Source: Planktothrix sp. GU0601_MAG3 (GTDB lineage: Bacteria; Cyanobacteriota; Cyanobacteriia; Cyanobacteriales; Microcoleaceae). From it: a stretch of DNA of 64,000 nucleotides. The DNA lies in NCBI GenBank assembly GCA_035193785.1, contig CP136572.1:4628578-4692577 (forward strand). The letters run 5' to 3'. This document shows, piece after piece, positions 1 to 12,690 of the stretch. Each line of letters starts with the position of its first letter. Position 1 is the first letter of the stretch. Made by a program: the position numbers and the translations under genes. The notes under the pieces are model-generated. The model was given only the letters and a program-made list of their open reading frames with translations. It made no database searches and was not told the DNA's origin.

Positions 1-896
1 CGGGTACGCCCTGCCCACAATCAGCAATTTTAATTTTTGTCCCGCCTTCGGGGAGATGTTCAGCACTGACGATAATCTGACTTTCTTGAGGAGAGAACTT
101 AATAGAATTAGAGATTAAATTATCTAAAACTCGCTGAAACATCGCTTGATCTATCTTAATCATGCCATCGGAATCAGGAATGGGGGTGAGAATTTCAATA
201 TTTTTTTGAGCGGCGTTAAATTCAAAATCTTTAACCAATTCCCGCAGCATACTTCCCAGATCAACTGGGCTGAGTTCGAGAGCAATTTTACCCGATTCTA
301 TCCTCGCCATCAGCAATAAATCATCAATTAAGCCCGATAATTTTTGCCCTGATAATTTCATTTTAACTATTTTATCTTGTTTTGCCTCTGGTGATAGCTT
401 GGGATGGGTCAACATCTCCAACCCTAACAAGATCCCGGCTAGGGGATTTCTGAGATCGTGAACTAACATATTGACCAGATCTTCTCGCAATTTCAGCAGG
501 GTTTGTAGATTGTCGTGTTGTTGCTTAATCCGTAGCATTGAATGAAACTCTGGCGCGAAGTTCCAGACCATTAACGGGTTTGCTCAAAAAATCATCAGCA
601 CCGGAACTTAAACAGAGAGCCAGGTCTTCTTTCTCCGTTAATGCCGTCACCATAATAATCGGAATTGACTGCCATTGGGGATTGGCTTTAATCCTGGAGC
701 AAACTTCAATCCCGTCCATTTCTGGCATCATCACATCTAATAAAATTAGATCCAGTGGGATCATTTCTAGGGATTCGAGGGCTTCTTGTCCACTGGAAGC
801 ATAGTGTAACTCATAATTCTGACTGCTTAACAGTGATTCGAGTACATCAAAATTACGAGGTTGATCATCGACCACTAAAATAGAAGGTTGATTCAA
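1..896 (-). CDS. Hybrid response regulator-histidine kinase (REC-HisKA-HATPase), runs off the left edge; one +1 frameshift at 544-548
   Basis: REC motifs ILVVDD, LLDVMMP, FLSKP. Removing one base at GAAAC 544-548 continues into HSMLRIKQ...HDLRNPL (H-box) and LDNLISNSIKFS...IADCGQG (N/G1 boxes). Confidence 0.88.
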
Positions 897-1116
897 TTGC
901 GTTTCCCTCCGGCACTTAATATACTCCTAATTATAACTCTGAAAATTCAGATAAGAACGAATTCGGGTACCTACTGCGTCGGTAGGGCATCCCGTCCTTG
1001 CTGATTGAGGGTGCAGTTAAGCAAAAAACTATCCAAATTGTGCCTAGGGATCAACACCATATAATAATCTATAGAACAATGAATCTACTGTTGAATACTA
1101 ACCCCAATTTAAAGCC

Positions 1117-1896
1117 ATGACACAAATACAATCTAATACCAACCCCAGTTCATCATCAATGTCAGATACTGCTATTATTGCTACCGATGTGCATAAATGG
1201 TATGGCAATAATTTCCACGTTCTCAGAGGGGTTAGCCTTTCGGTGAAACGGGGGGAAGTGGTGGTAATTATGGGGCCGTCCGGTTCGGGAAAATCGACTT
1301 TTATTCGGACATTTAATGCCTTAGAAGAATTTCAACAGGGCAGTATTGTCATAGATGGCATTAATTTATCCCATGATTTAAAAGATATTGAAGAAATTCG
1401 CAAAGAAGTGGGAATGGTGTTTCAACAGTTTAATTTATTTCCCCATTTAAGTATTTTACAAAATGTCACTTTAGCCCCGATTTGGGTCAGACGTTGGCCG
1501 AAGGCGAAAGCCGAAGAAGTGGCTTTACAATTATTAGAAAGAGTCGGAATTTTAGAACAGGCAAAAAAATATCCGGGTCAATTATCCGGGGGTCAACAAC
1601 AACGGGTAGCGATCGCTAGAGCTTTAGCGATGCAGCCTAAAATTATGTTATTTGATGAACCCACATCGGCCCTAGACCCGGAAATGGTGCGAGAAGTTTT
1701 AGACGTGATGCGAACTTTAGCCGAGTCTGGAATGACCATGGTTTGTGTTACCCATGAAGTCGGATTTGCGCGGGAAGTCGCCGATAGAATTGTGTTAATG
1801 GCCGATGGAATATTAGTCGAAGAAGCCACCCCGGAAGAATTTTTTACGAATCCCCAAGAGGAAAGAACCCAAAAATTTCTCTCTCAAATTCTTTAA
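1117..1896 (+). CDS. Polar amino-acid ABC transporter ATP-binding protein (GlnQ/BgtA-like)
   Basis: Walker [20 protein letters not shown], signature [29 protein letters not shown]. Confidence 0.93.
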   Translation: MTQIQSNTNPSSSSMSDTAIIATDVHKWYGNNFHVLRGVSLSVKRGEVVVIMGPSGSGKSTFIRTFNALEEFQQGSIVIDGINLSHDLKDIEEIRKEVGMVFQQFNLFPHLSILQNVTLAPIWVRRWPKAKAEEVALQLLERVGILEQAKKYPGQLSGGQQQRVAIARALAMQPKIMLFDEPTSALDPEMVREVLDVMRTLAESGMTMVCVTHEVGFAREVADRIVLMADGILVEEATPEEFFTNPQEERTQKFLSQIL

Positions 1897-1997
1897 TTGT
1901 TTCGGGGTTAAAAATATGGTTATAAACCATAAATTAGCCAAGGTAATTAGTGCTTATGGTTGGGGAATATTCTATACAATATTGAAGCCTAAACCAA

Positions 1998-2053
1998 GTA
2001 GGGGCGAATGGCCATTCGCCCCTACCGCTTGGGCCATTCGCCCCTACCGCTTG
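1998..2053. repeat. GTAG-led REP-like palindrome with a 22-bp tandem duplication
   Basis: Perfect 28-bp palindrome GTAGGGGCGAATGGCCATTCGCCCCTAC (1998-2025). GGCCATTCGCCCCTACCGCTTG occurs at 2010-2031 and 2032-2053. Confidence 0.8.
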
Positions 2054-2096
2054 AGTGGGAAGTTCACTATCTTAAAATATATGAAGTAACTAGGGA

Positions 2097-3628
2097 TTGG
2101 CTAAGGTGAACACAGAAACGAGTGATTGTGATTGGGGCTGGAATTGGAGGCTTAACGGCCGGGGCATTATTAGCCCATCGGGGATATTCGGTTTTAATCC
2201 TAGATCAAGGAATTGTCCCGGGGGGGTGTGCTTCCACCTTTCAACGTCGGGGGTTTACCTTCGATGTCGGGGCGACTCAGGTAGCGGGACTCGAACCGGG
2301 TGGGATTCATTACCGTATTTTCACGGAGTTAGGAATTGAATTACCCGCCGCGACTCCGTGCGATCCCGCTTGTGCCGTTTTTTTACCCGGAGAAACTGAA
2401 CCGATTCAGGTGTGGCGAGATCCCCAAAAATGGCAAGGGGAAAGACAGCGACAATTTCCCGGGAGTGAACCCTTTTGGCAATTAATGACTACCCTATTTC
2501 AAGCCAGTTGGCGGTTTCAATCCCGTGATCCGGTGCTACCTCCTGGGAATTTATGGGATCTGTGGCAATTGATCCAAGCGGTTCGCCCCGATACCCTGAT
2601 CACCCTGCCCTTTGCCTTGATGACGGTGGCTGATGCCCTACGGTTGTATAATTTAGACGGCGATCGACGTCTGAAAACCTTTTTAGATCTGCAACTGAAG
2701 TTATATTCCCAGGTAGACACCGAGGAAACGGCTTTATTGTACGCGGCAACGGCTTTGGGAGTTTCTCAGGCACCCCAGGGGCTGTCACATCTGCAAGGAA
2801 GTATGCAGGTATTAAGCGATCGCTTAGTCCAAGCCCTAGAACGAAATGGGGGCAAACTATTAATGCGGCATACCGTTGAAGCCATTGAAATAGAACGGGA
2901 TCGAGCGATCGCCGTGAAAATCAGGAATCAAAAAACCGGGGAAATTGTGCAGGAAACTGCCGATCATATTGTGGCTAATGTTACCTCCCAAAACCTAATT
3001 AAATTGTTAGATAAAAACGGCAAAAATCATCGGCGATTTTCCATTTCATTACCTCTCTATCAGCGACGAATTAAGCAACTTCCCCCAGCATCGGGGGCAT
3101 TTGTGATCTATTTAGGAGTCCAAGCGGTCGCCCTACCGCCAGAATGTCCTCCCCATCTACAGTTCCTCTATGATCAAGGGCCCATTGGTGAAAATAATTC
3201 TCTTTTTGTCTCCGTCAGTCACCCCGGAGATGGACGAGCCCCCGCCGGACAAGCCACGATCATTGCTTCAAGTTTCACTGAAACCCAACAATGGTGGGAT
3301 TCCCAGGACTATCAGGGTTTGAAACAACACTATATGGACACGGCGATCGGCCGTTTAGGGTCTTACTTTCACCTAACCCCAGAAACCATTCTGCATCAAG
3401 AAGCCGCCACACCTCGTACCTTTGAACGCTATACCGCCCGGGATCAAGGAGTGGTTGGCGGAGTCGGTCAACGGGTTTCCACCTTTGGGCCCTTTGGCTT
3501 AGGGAATCGTACCCCGATCAAAAATCTTTGGTTAGTGGGAGATTCCACCCATCCCGGAGAGGGAAACGGCCGGGGTTTCCTATTCGGCTTTAACCGTTGT
3601 TCGTCAAATTGATGCGATTAATTCTTAG
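2097..3628 (+). CDS. crtD: FAD-dependent carotenoid C-3',4' desaturase (CrtD-like); +1 frameshifts at 2115-2119 and 3563-3567
   Basis: VIVIGAGIGGL Rossmann motif, GGCASTF..GFTFDVGATQVAG, TPRTFERYT, LWLVGDSTHPGEG. The repaired end reads TAGVSYSALTVVRQI. Confidence 0.75.
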
Positions 3629-3855
3629 TAAGAATTTTCTTGTTTTTAGGAACTTGAACCGATCTCTGATCTCTTTGAATTTGGGTATAGCCAAAACTGT
3701 CTAAAGCGGTTACAATCAAAATTGTTCAAGCCAGTATCTATCAATCAATAGATTTGAAAATGATACGGATAGATAACTTCACCGGTGATCAGGGTAGCAC
3801 TCCCATTTAGGGATAATTAAAAAGACAACCCATCAAAAGATTGAGTCAATAAATA

Positions 3856-5005
3856 ATGGATAAACACAAAACAATTATTATGCTCGGCCCTTCTCCCTCA
3901 GAAAAAGGTGGAATGGGAAGTGTTGAAACCTTGATTCTCAACATAGCATCAAGGGAATTCACGATCAAGCATATCACGACCTGGAATGGTCAGGTGAGTC
4001 GGTTTACCAAGCTGTCCACAGCTACCGTCTTTATCAAAGCCTTTTTAGCATTTTTATGGAAGTTGTTAAAAGGAGAAGTTGATCTGGTTCACCTCCATGT
4101 CTCAGAACGGGGAAGTGTGGTTCGCAAAAGCCTAATTGCCTTAGTGTGTATGGTAACGGGAAAACCGTTTATTCTTCATGCCCATGGCTGTGAATTTCAT
4201 GAATTTTATGAAAAATTGCCCCGGGGGGTACAGCAACTGATTACATCGGTATTCCGGCGTTCCGCCTATTTGATTGCTTTGTCAGACAGTTGGAGGAATT
4301 ATTATATTGATACCTGTCATCTCGCGCCGGAACAAGTGGTGGTTCTAAATAACCCCGTGGCCCTGCCTGAACATTGGCAGAAAACCGCATCCGCCGGCCG
4401 ACTCAGATTTGTCTTTTTAGGAAAAATTAACAAACGTAAAGGGATTTTTGATTTATTGGCTGCTTTTGCTAACCTGGAACCCATTTACAGAAATCAAGTT
4501 GAATTAGTCTTAGCGGGAAACTGGGGAAGTTGAACAGGCTAAAAATTTAGCGATACAATTAGGAATTCAAGATCAAATCGTTTTTCCGGGTTGGATTGAC
4601 CAACAGCAACGCGATCAATTATTAGCTCAAAGTGATGTGATGCTACTCCCCTCCTATAATGAAGGACTGCCGATGGCGATTTTAGAAGCCATGAGTTGGG
4701 GACTTCCGATTATTACTACTCCCGTCGGCGGTATACCCGAAGTCATCGAAAATGGCAAAACCGGATTATTGGTCAGCCCGGGTCATGTCCCAGACCTGAC
4801 CACGGCTATGCAGTCTTTAATTGAAAATCCCTCATTCAGATCATCTTTAGGTTGCGCCGCGCGTAAACGGGTGGAACCCTTGTCTATTGAGCATTACAGC
4901 GATGCTTTATTTAGCCTCTATGATCGTATTTTTCAACAAAAGGAAAATCACCGCCACCCTCAAGAAGACGGGGAATCGGATGGACTACACAAACAAGTTC
5001 CGTAG
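3856..5005 (+). CDS. Glycosyltransferase family 4; +1 frameshift at 4517-4521
   Basis: GGM N-terminal motif, FLGKINKRKG, PSYNEGLPMAILEAM (E-X7-E). The two ORFs join after removing one base. Confidence 0.88.
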
Positions 5006-5174
5006 GGAGAATCGATTCGGATCACACAATCTTGAAGTGGAACTTCTACAATTGTATAAATACAGTGATGCTCAAAATGTTTGAGTTCCGATCGGTCGGT
5101 CAGTGCTGAACGAAATTCAGGAGTGTCTAACCTTTGGGCATGGTGTAACAACACGGGTGAATGATTAAGTAGTT

Positions 5175-7399
5175 ATGGAACCTCAAGAGTATCCAGAAGA
5201 TATTGATTTTATAAAATACTGGCTGATTCTCAAACGCCATTGGTTACCCGCAGCCGGGATTGCCTGTCTTGTCATCGCGTTTTCCTTATTTTCTGCCATG
5301 AAAAGTGAGAAAAGCTATGGTGCTTTTGGGAAATTGCGGTTAAAAAAACTCAGCACCACGTCGGCATTGGTCACGGATGCTGGAGAAAAAATTAGTACCC
5401 TGGATAGTTTGGATGCCAAAAATACTCCTATTGATACGGAAGCTGAAGTGATTCGTTCGGCTCCCATTGTTGAGATGGTGATTAAGGAATTAAACTTGAA
5501 AGACAAAGACGGCGAAACGATTGGCTATGAAGACTTTCTCAAAAATTTGGGGGTTGCCCTGATTCGAGGAACGGATATTTTAGGGATTTCCTATGAAAGT
5601 CCAAACCCCAAAGAAGCTGAAGCTGTTGTTAATAAAGTCATGGAGCTTTATATCCAAAATAATATTTTAGTCAACCGTTCTGAAGCAGCCGCCGCCCGCA
5701 AATTTATCAGTTCACAGCTACCCAAACAGGAAAAAGAACTGCAAGCGGCAGAAGCAGAATTAAGAAACTTCAAAGAAAAATACAATATTGTTAATTTAGA
5801 TGAAGAAGTCAGGTTGGTGGTCGGAAACCATTGAGTCCTTAGACAATCAAATCGAAGCGGTTCAGGTGGCTTTGGGAAAGGTGAATGGTCAAATCCTGGA
5901 AATGCGCCAAAAAATGGATACTACCTCGGAGGCGGCTATAGTTCGCAGTAACTTAATGGCTTCCTCCGGGGTACAACAAGTTTTGGCTAAATTGGAGGCG
6001 GTTGAAGATCAATTAGCCGTTCTCAGAACTCGTTTCCTCGATACCAGCCCGGAAATTATATCTTTAGAAAGTGAAAAAGCCGCCCTAAAAGCCGTTTTAA
6101 AAGAAAGGGTGGGAACCACTTTGGGCACTCAAGAACTGCCGTCAGGAAGTTTACAAAGTAGCACTTTAGAACAAACTTTGACTCAGCAGTTAATTACTTT
6201 GGAGACGGAAAAAGGAGGTCTGATTAGTCAGTTAAAGTCTTTGGAAATTGCTCGCCAACAACAAAAGGAACGGGCTTTACTTTTACCTCAATTGGAACAA
6301 ACTCAACGAAAACTCACCCGACAGGTTACCTCCTCCCAAACTACCTATGAAATCCTTTCTACTCGATTACAACAAGTCAGGATTGCCGAAAATCAAAATG
6401 TGGGAAATGCCCAGATTATTAGTCAAGCCATTGTCGGGAAAGACCCGGTTTCTAAAAGTAAAAAGGTAGTGGTAATTGGGGGGGTCGTTGTTGGTGGAAT
6501 GCTCTATGTTATCGTATCATTCCTTTTCGAGTTAATGGATCCATCGATTAAGACAATCAAGGAAATTAGGACTTTGTTTAGTCCCTATACCCTATTGGCA
6601 ATTATTCCGGCTTCTAAGAAAAAAATGCGTTGGTCGGGAATCAAGTTTGAACGGATTACGCCCTATCTTCCGGTGAAAGATGAACCCCATTCTTTGATTA
6701 GTGAATCCTACCGGATGTTGCAGGCTAACTTGAATTTTATTAGTCCCGATCGGGAATTAAAAGTGATTGTTGTCACCAGTATTGGGGCGAAGGAAGGAAA
6801 GTCTAAGGTATCCGCTAATTTAGCCTTGGCGATCGCCCAATTAGGCAAACGGGTTTTACTGATTGATGCGGATTTACGCCAGCCTCGACAGCATCATATT
6901 TGGGACTTAACCCAGGAATTAAACCCCAAAGGATTAAGTGATGTGATTGTCAATCAAGCGGAATGGCAATGGGCTGTGCGGACGGTGATGCCCAATTTGG
7001 ACGTTTTACCCTCCGGGGCGACTCCTCCGAACTCCCTGGCTCTTGTAGGTTCTAAACGGATGAATTTTTTACTAGAGGAGTTTCGGAAACACTATGATTT
7101 TGTGATTTGCGATACTCCTTCCCTGTTGCTGGTTGCGGATGCGTTAACCTTAAGTAAATTCACCGATGGTATTTTGTTGGTGATCCGACCCGGCAGCATT
7201 GATACCGTCAGCGCCACCGCCGCCCGAGAAACAGTTAATCAAATCCAGTCAAACCGTTCTCGGTATTGTTGTTAATGATCTTGAAAGTGATAATGAACCC
7301 GATAGTTATTTCCATCACGCCAAGGTATACTCTAATCAGGATAAAAGCAGCCAAAAACGTCTAGCTTTAAAGAATAAAAGATTAAAAGCCATGAAGTAA
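5175..7399 (+). CDS. wzc: GumC/Wzc polysaccharide co-polymerase with tyrosine autokinase domain; +1 frameshifts at 5824-5828 and 7228-7232
   Basis: N-terminal TM and Wzz region, coiled coil, second TM, SESYRML, Walker A-like SIGAKEGKS, LLIDADLR, VICDTP. Confidence 0.85.
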
Positions 7400-7406
7400 A
7401 AACTTA

Positions 7407-8732
7407 ATGCTAAATAAAATTACTACGGCGATTCAAAAGAAGATTAAACCCGAACAGTTTAAAATTCTCACCAATATTGGTTGGCTATTGAGCGAAAGAG
7501 TATTCCGCATGATCATGGGGTTTTTCCTCCTGGCTTGGACGGCTCGTTATTTGGGGGCAAATCAGTTTGGAGAATTAAATTATGCGATCGCTTTTGGGGC
7601 AATTTTTCTACCTCTGTTTCAACTAGCTTCTGATCAAATTATTTTTAGGGATTTAGTCAGAACTCCTAACCTAAAGGAAAGTATTTTGGGTACGGGGTTT
7701 CTGCTTAAATTGTTCATTGGAATTATCGTTTTTGTCTTGGCATCAGGATCAATCATTTTTTTGCAGCCCAATGAACCCCTAACGATTAATTTAGTTATTA
7801 TTGTCTCGATTCCCTCCTTGTTTGGAGGAGTCTCAATTATTGAAGCCTGGTTTCAATCCCAGGTGGAATTAAAGTATACCATCTGGTCAAGAAATATTGT
7901 TTTTGTCTTCGTTACCTTAATTAGAATTTTCTTATTACAAAATCAAGCAAATCTCATGGCTTTTGCCTGGCTAGTCGTCATTGAAAATGCAGCTAACGCT
8001 ATTGGATTTGTTATAATTTATCGGCTCACAGGTAAAAACATTTTTGCCTGGCGAGGCAATTGGAAACGGGCTAAAAAGTTAATGAAAGTCAGTTGGCCTT
8101 TGATTTTATCGAGTTTAGCAATTACAATTTATCTACGCATTGATCAGGTGATGTTGGGGCAGTTAGCGGATGCTGAACAAGTGGGTCTTTATTCCGCCGC
8201 CGTCCGCCTGTCTGAAGTCTGGCCCTTCGCTTCAACGGCGATTATTAAATCCATTGCTCCTTCAATTATTGCAGCTAAAAACGACAGCGAAGAACTCTAT
8301 TATAAAAAATTACAACGGCTGGCAACTTCCCAGGCCTTATTGGTTTATTGTATTGCCATCCCGATGACATTTTTAGCCACTCCGTTTGTTGTTTTAGTAT
8401 TTGGTAAAGAATATGCAGCGGCGGGTGGGGTGCTGGCAATTCATATTTGGTCTTCGATGTTTCTATTTTTAGGCTATGTGAAAGAAATTTGGATTACCAC
8501 CGAGGAGTTAACGGTATTTGCCTTTTTCTTTAGTGTCGTCGGGGCTTTGAGCAATGTGATTTTGAACTTCTGGTTAATTCCTAAATATCAAGCAATGGGG
8601 GCTGCTATTGCCACGGTGGTTTCCTATGGATGTGCAGATTATCTCGCCTGCTTTTTCTATAAACCGGCGCGGAAGTTTGGTTGGATTATGACACAGGCAA
8701 TGACCCTAAATTTGATTAAATATCGTCCTTAA
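7407..8732 (+). CDS. wzx: Wzx flippase (polysaccharide export)
   Basis: Multi-TM protein with ARYLG..FG.LNY, IYLRIDQVMLG, VGLYSAAVRLSE and LNFWLIPKY..MGAAIAT, inside an EPS cluster. Confidence 0.88.
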   Translation: MLNKITTAIQKKIKPEQFKILTNIGWLLSERVFRMIMGFFLLAWTARYLGANQFGELNYAIAFGAIFLPLFQLASDQIIFRDLVRTPNLKESILGTGFLLKLFIGIIVFVLASGSIIFLQPNEPLTINLVIIVSIPSLFGGVSIIEAWFQSQVELKYTIWSRNIVFVFVTLIRIFLLQNQANLMAFAWLVVIENAANAIGFVIIYRLTGKNIFAWRGNWKRAKKLMKVSWPLILSSLAITIYLRIDQVMLGQLADAEQVGLYSAAVRLSEVWPFASTAIIKSIAPSIIAAKNDSEELYYKKLQRLATSQALLVYCIAIPMTFLATPFVVLVFGKEYAAAGGVLAIHIWSSMFLFLGYVKEIWITTEELTVFAFFFSVVGALSNVILNFWLIPKYQAMGAAIATVVSYGCADYLACFFYKPARKFGWIMTQAMTLNLIKYRP

Positions 8733-8836
8733 TCATTCTTGGCATTGAGCATCAAACAAGATAAATTAGAGTGATATAATGGGAACGCCATCAGAAGTGA
8801 CTCTATATATAACCCACAACCATTGAGGAAAGTTTT

Positions 8837-9742
8837 GTGTCCCATACCCCCTTAGTAAGTATTCTGATTAATAATTATAACTATGGTCGTTTTCTGGCTG
8901 AAGCCATTGATAGTGGTTTAAATCAGACCTACCCTAATATTGAAGTGATTGTTGTTGATGATGGCTCAACGGATAATTCTAGGTCTATTATTGCCAATTA
9001 TCAGCAAAAAATTATTCCGATTTTAAAGGAAAATGGTGGTCAAGCAACCGCTTTTAATATTGGGTTTGCTGCCAGTCGGGGAGATATTATCTGTTTTTTA
9101 GATTCTGATGATTTATTTGAACCACAAAAAATTACAGAAATTGTACAAATATTTGAACAGAATCCTGAAGTTAGTTGGTGTTTTCATCCCTTAACTTATA
9201 TCGGAGATAAAATAGACACAGAAGCTTTAGAAACGACTACCGGGACAGAGGGAATTTATGATTTGTGCGGTTCCATAAAACAGGGAAAACTCCAAGGAAA
9301 ACTTCCCTTTGGTACTGCCACCTCGGCAATTTGTTTTAAACGAGAGCTTCTGGAAAAAATTCTCCCCATGCCCGAAGCCATTAGAATTACTAGCGATGAT
9401 TATATTAAATATTTAGCATTAGGATTAACCCCAGGATTTATCCTGTTTAAAAAACTAGCTATTCAGAGAATCCATGGCGATAATGCTTACACGTTTAAAC
9501 CGGAGAAAATTGACTTAAGAATTAAAATTCTTTGTCTGACGGCTTACTGGATGAAAAAAAACTTTCCCCAGTTTGAAAAATTCTCCAATAATATGTTCGC
9601 TCTAGCTGTGGGTTTAGATTGGCGCTATGGCAGTAAAAATGAAGAAAATAGTCAACTGAAGCAGAATTATATCGCATCAACCCCGATGGTCTCTCTAATA
9701 GAAATCTACCTTAGAGCTACCTATTACCGGATCAAACCATGA
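8837..9742 (+). CDS. Glycosyltransferase family 2
   Basis: VSILINNYNY, VIVVDDGSTD, ENGGQA.AFN.G, FLDSDD. Confidence 0.92.
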   Translation: MSHTPLVSILINNYNYGRFLAEAIDSGLNQTYPNIEVIVVDDGSTDNSRSIIANYQQKIIPILKENGGQATAFNIGFAASRGDIICFLDSDDLFEPQKITEIVQIFEQNPEVSWCFHPLTYIGDKIDTEALETTTGTEGIYDLCGSIKQGKLQGKLPFGTATSAICFKRELLEKILPMPEAIRITSDDYIKYLALGLTPGFILFKKLAIQRIHGDNAYTFKPEKIDLRIKILCLTAYWMKKNFPQFEKFSNNMFALAVGLDWRYGSKNEENSQLKQNYIASTPMVSLIEIYLRATYYRIKP

Positions 9743-11035
9743 AACTCCGCCATAAATTTTTTTGAAAAGCGATTCGCTATTTTTTCCCTGCTATTTCTCA
9801 CCGGACTATTTCGGTTGGCTAGTTTTTTTACCAGTCCCGATGCTAAAGCCGATTTACTACCTACCTATAATCCTTTTGATAAAGTTTCTTCATTATTTCA
9901 ACAATTTATTTATTTAGTATCGCTGTTTTTACTGATTTCTCGACCCAAAGCTTCAATCCGTACTGCAATTCGAGATCCTTGGGTTTGGATGTTAACCTTC
10001 ATGTCCATCTTTTCTTTTCTCTGGTCAGATTATCCTGATATTTCTCTGCGAAAAGGGATTACAACCTTGCAAACCAGCTATTTTGGTCTGTATATGGCTT
10101 CCCGTTTTACCCTAAAACAACAGTTACAAATGTTGTCTTGGGCTTTAGGAATCATTGCCATTTTTTCGTTTTTCTTTACCTTGGCATTTTCTAGTGTTGC
10201 CATCGAATCCGGTGCGAATGCCGGGTCTTGGCGGGGGCCATTTACTCAGAAAAACCTGTTAGCTCGACTGATGGTTTTATCAGCGATTGTTTTCATTTTG
10301 TTAGCACTAGATAATCCCAAATATCCTAAAGTTTCTTGGGGTTTATTTGCTCACTCCATCCTAATGATTCTGTTAACGGGATCGAAAACAGCCCTATTAT
10401 TACTCTTAACTATCCTGATTCTTCTTCCCCTTTATAAAATCCTGCGCGAAAAAGATACAGTCATTATTCCTACGCTAGTTATTATTATCTTAGTAGGTGG
10501 AAGTTCCCTAATTTTTATCACGGAGAATTGGGTAGAGCTTTTAGCTGCCCTAGGTCGAGATCCGACCTTGAGTGGTCGAACCACATTGTGGGAAATTGCG
10601 ATCGAAAAAATCAAACAACGATATTGGTTAGGCTATGGATATCAAGCATTTTGGTTGCCAGGAGGAGCCTGTGAAGTGATTTGGAAACATGAGGGTTATA
10701 AACCGCCCCATGCCCATAATGGGTTTGTGAATATGGCTCTTGATTTCGGTGTCTTGGGTTTAATTATATTTTTTCTTACACTTTTGGTGACTTATGTTCG
10801 CGGGATTATTTGGTTACGCTTAGGAAAAACAACGGTTGAACTCTGGCCACTTTTTTATGTCACCTTCTTTTTCATGTATAATCACACCGAAAATACAATC
10901 ATCGAACATAATTCGCTCTTTTGGGCTTTATTAGTATCCGTTTCGCTGTCAATGAAACGAGTCAAATCCGTGAAAAATCTACCCATGTCGAAGGATTTAT
11001 ACTTGTATGCAAAAGTTCAGCAAAACTCAGAATAA
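9739..11035 (+). CDS. O-antigen ligase/Wzy-family polymerase, copy 1; +1 frameshift at 9741-9745
   Basis: Multi-TM protein with WRGPFTQKN, TGSKT, TLSGRT.LW, GYGY and HAHNG. The ATG overlaps the GT2 stop (ATGA). Confidence 0.87.
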
Positions 11036-11179
11036 TATTCTTCAGGTTTTTGGGATTTTTCATAGAAAATACCTAATGGGCAATCGTAATTTATCTTTCG
11101 AGTGTTATTTTCATAGAAATTATCCTTCTAGTTTTATATTGTAAGTGATTGATTAAATATTTCATATCTTACCTAAAAT

Positions 11180-11340
11180 TCTTAAATAATATGTTAGCTT
11201 TAGGAATAGGTTTAGATTGACTTTGGGGTAGTCTAACTGAAGAAAATCGTCAACTTATGCAGGGTTATATCGCATAGACCCCAATGGTTTACCTCGTAGA
11301 AATCTACCTTAGAGCTACCTATTACCGGATCAAACCATGA
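11180..11340 (+). pseudogene. Decayed duplicate of the 3' end of the upstream GT2 gene
   Basis: Aligns by eye to ~9585-9742 (aataatatgtt, ggtttagattg, gaagaaaat.gtcaact, ttatatcgcat) with in-frame stops. 11297-11341 is identical to 9699-9743. Confidence 0.8.
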
Positions 11341-12636
11341 ACTCCGCCTTAAATTTTTTTGAAAAGCGATTTGCAATTTTTTCTTACCTGTTTTTGACGG
11401 GAGTATTGCGCTTTGCGAGTTTTTATACGAGTCCCGATGCCACCAACGATGCCGTCCCTACCTATAATCCCTTTGATAAAATTGGGTCATTATTTCAGCA
11501 ATTCATTTATTTAACTTCACTTTTTTTATTAGTTTCCCGACCCAAAGGTTTCAGCCCGAGCCGCGATTCGAGATCCTTGGGTGTGGACGTTAGCCTTGAT
11601 GGCTTTGTTCTCTTTTCTGTGGTCAGATTATCCCGCTATTTCTCGCAGAAAAGGGATTACAACCCTACAAACCACCTATTTGGGACTCTATCTTGCTTCC
11701 CGTTTTACCCTGAAACAACAGTTACAAATGTTGTGCTGGGCTTTTGGAATTATTACGGTGTTTTCGTTTCTATTTTCCCTCGCCTTTCGGGGTGTGGCGG
11801 TGGAATCGGGAGCCAATGCGGGGTCTTGGCGGGGGCCATTTACTCAGAAGAATCTCTTGGCTCGACTGATGGTTTTAGCGGCGATTATTTTTATTTTAAT
11901 TGCCCTAGATAAGCCTAAATATCCTAAATTGGCTTGGGGTTTGTTTGGAAATGCGGTGCTGATGATTCTGTTAACCGGATCAAAAACCGCCCTATTATTA
12001 TTCCTGACAATCCTCATGGTTTTACCTCTGTATAACCTCCTGCGAAAAAAAGACACAATCTTGATTCCACTCCTAGTTTCGGTGATTTTAATCGGGGGGA
12101 GTTCTTTGATGTTTATTACAGAGAATTGGATAGATCTTTTAGCCGCCTTGGGTCGAGATCCCACCTTAAGTGGTCGAACCACATTGTGGGAAATTGCGAT
12201 CGAAAAAATCAAACAACGATATTGGTTAGGCTATGGATATCAAGCATTTTGGGTGGCAGGAGGAGCCTGCGAAGTCATTTGGAAACATGAAGGCTATAAA
12301 CCCCCCCATGCCCATAATGGGTTTGTGAACATATCACTTGATCTGGGAGTTTTGGGTTTAATAATATTTTTAACAATTATTATTGTCACCTATGCTCGCG
12401 GTATTATCTGGTTACGCGCTGGCAACACATGGGCGGAACTCTGGCCAATTTGCTATATCACCTTCTTTTTCATGTACAATCATACTGAAAGTACAATTAT
12501 TGAGCACAACTCGATTTTTTGGACTTTATTAGTCTCCGTTGCCCTGTCAATGAAACGAGTTAAACCCACAAGAAATCTGCCCCTACCGTCGGATTTATAC
12601 TTAGTTGATAAAAAAGTCAAGCAAAACTCAGAATAA
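11337..12636 (+). CDS. O-antigen ligase/Wzy-family polymerase, copy 2; +1 frameshift at 11548-11552
   Basis: Colinear paralog of copy 1 with the same motifs (WRGPFTQKN, TLSGRTTLW, HAHNG) and the same C-terminus QNSE. Confidence 0.87.
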
Positions 12637-12690
12637 TTGTCTTGGGGTTTTTTGTATTAATATTGATTCATCATTAATTGATTCTCAGCC

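Noticed and set aside
965..1016. CCTAC...GTAGG hairpin between the first two genes as a REP or terminator
   Set aside because: The stem is short and there is no second copy in the window.
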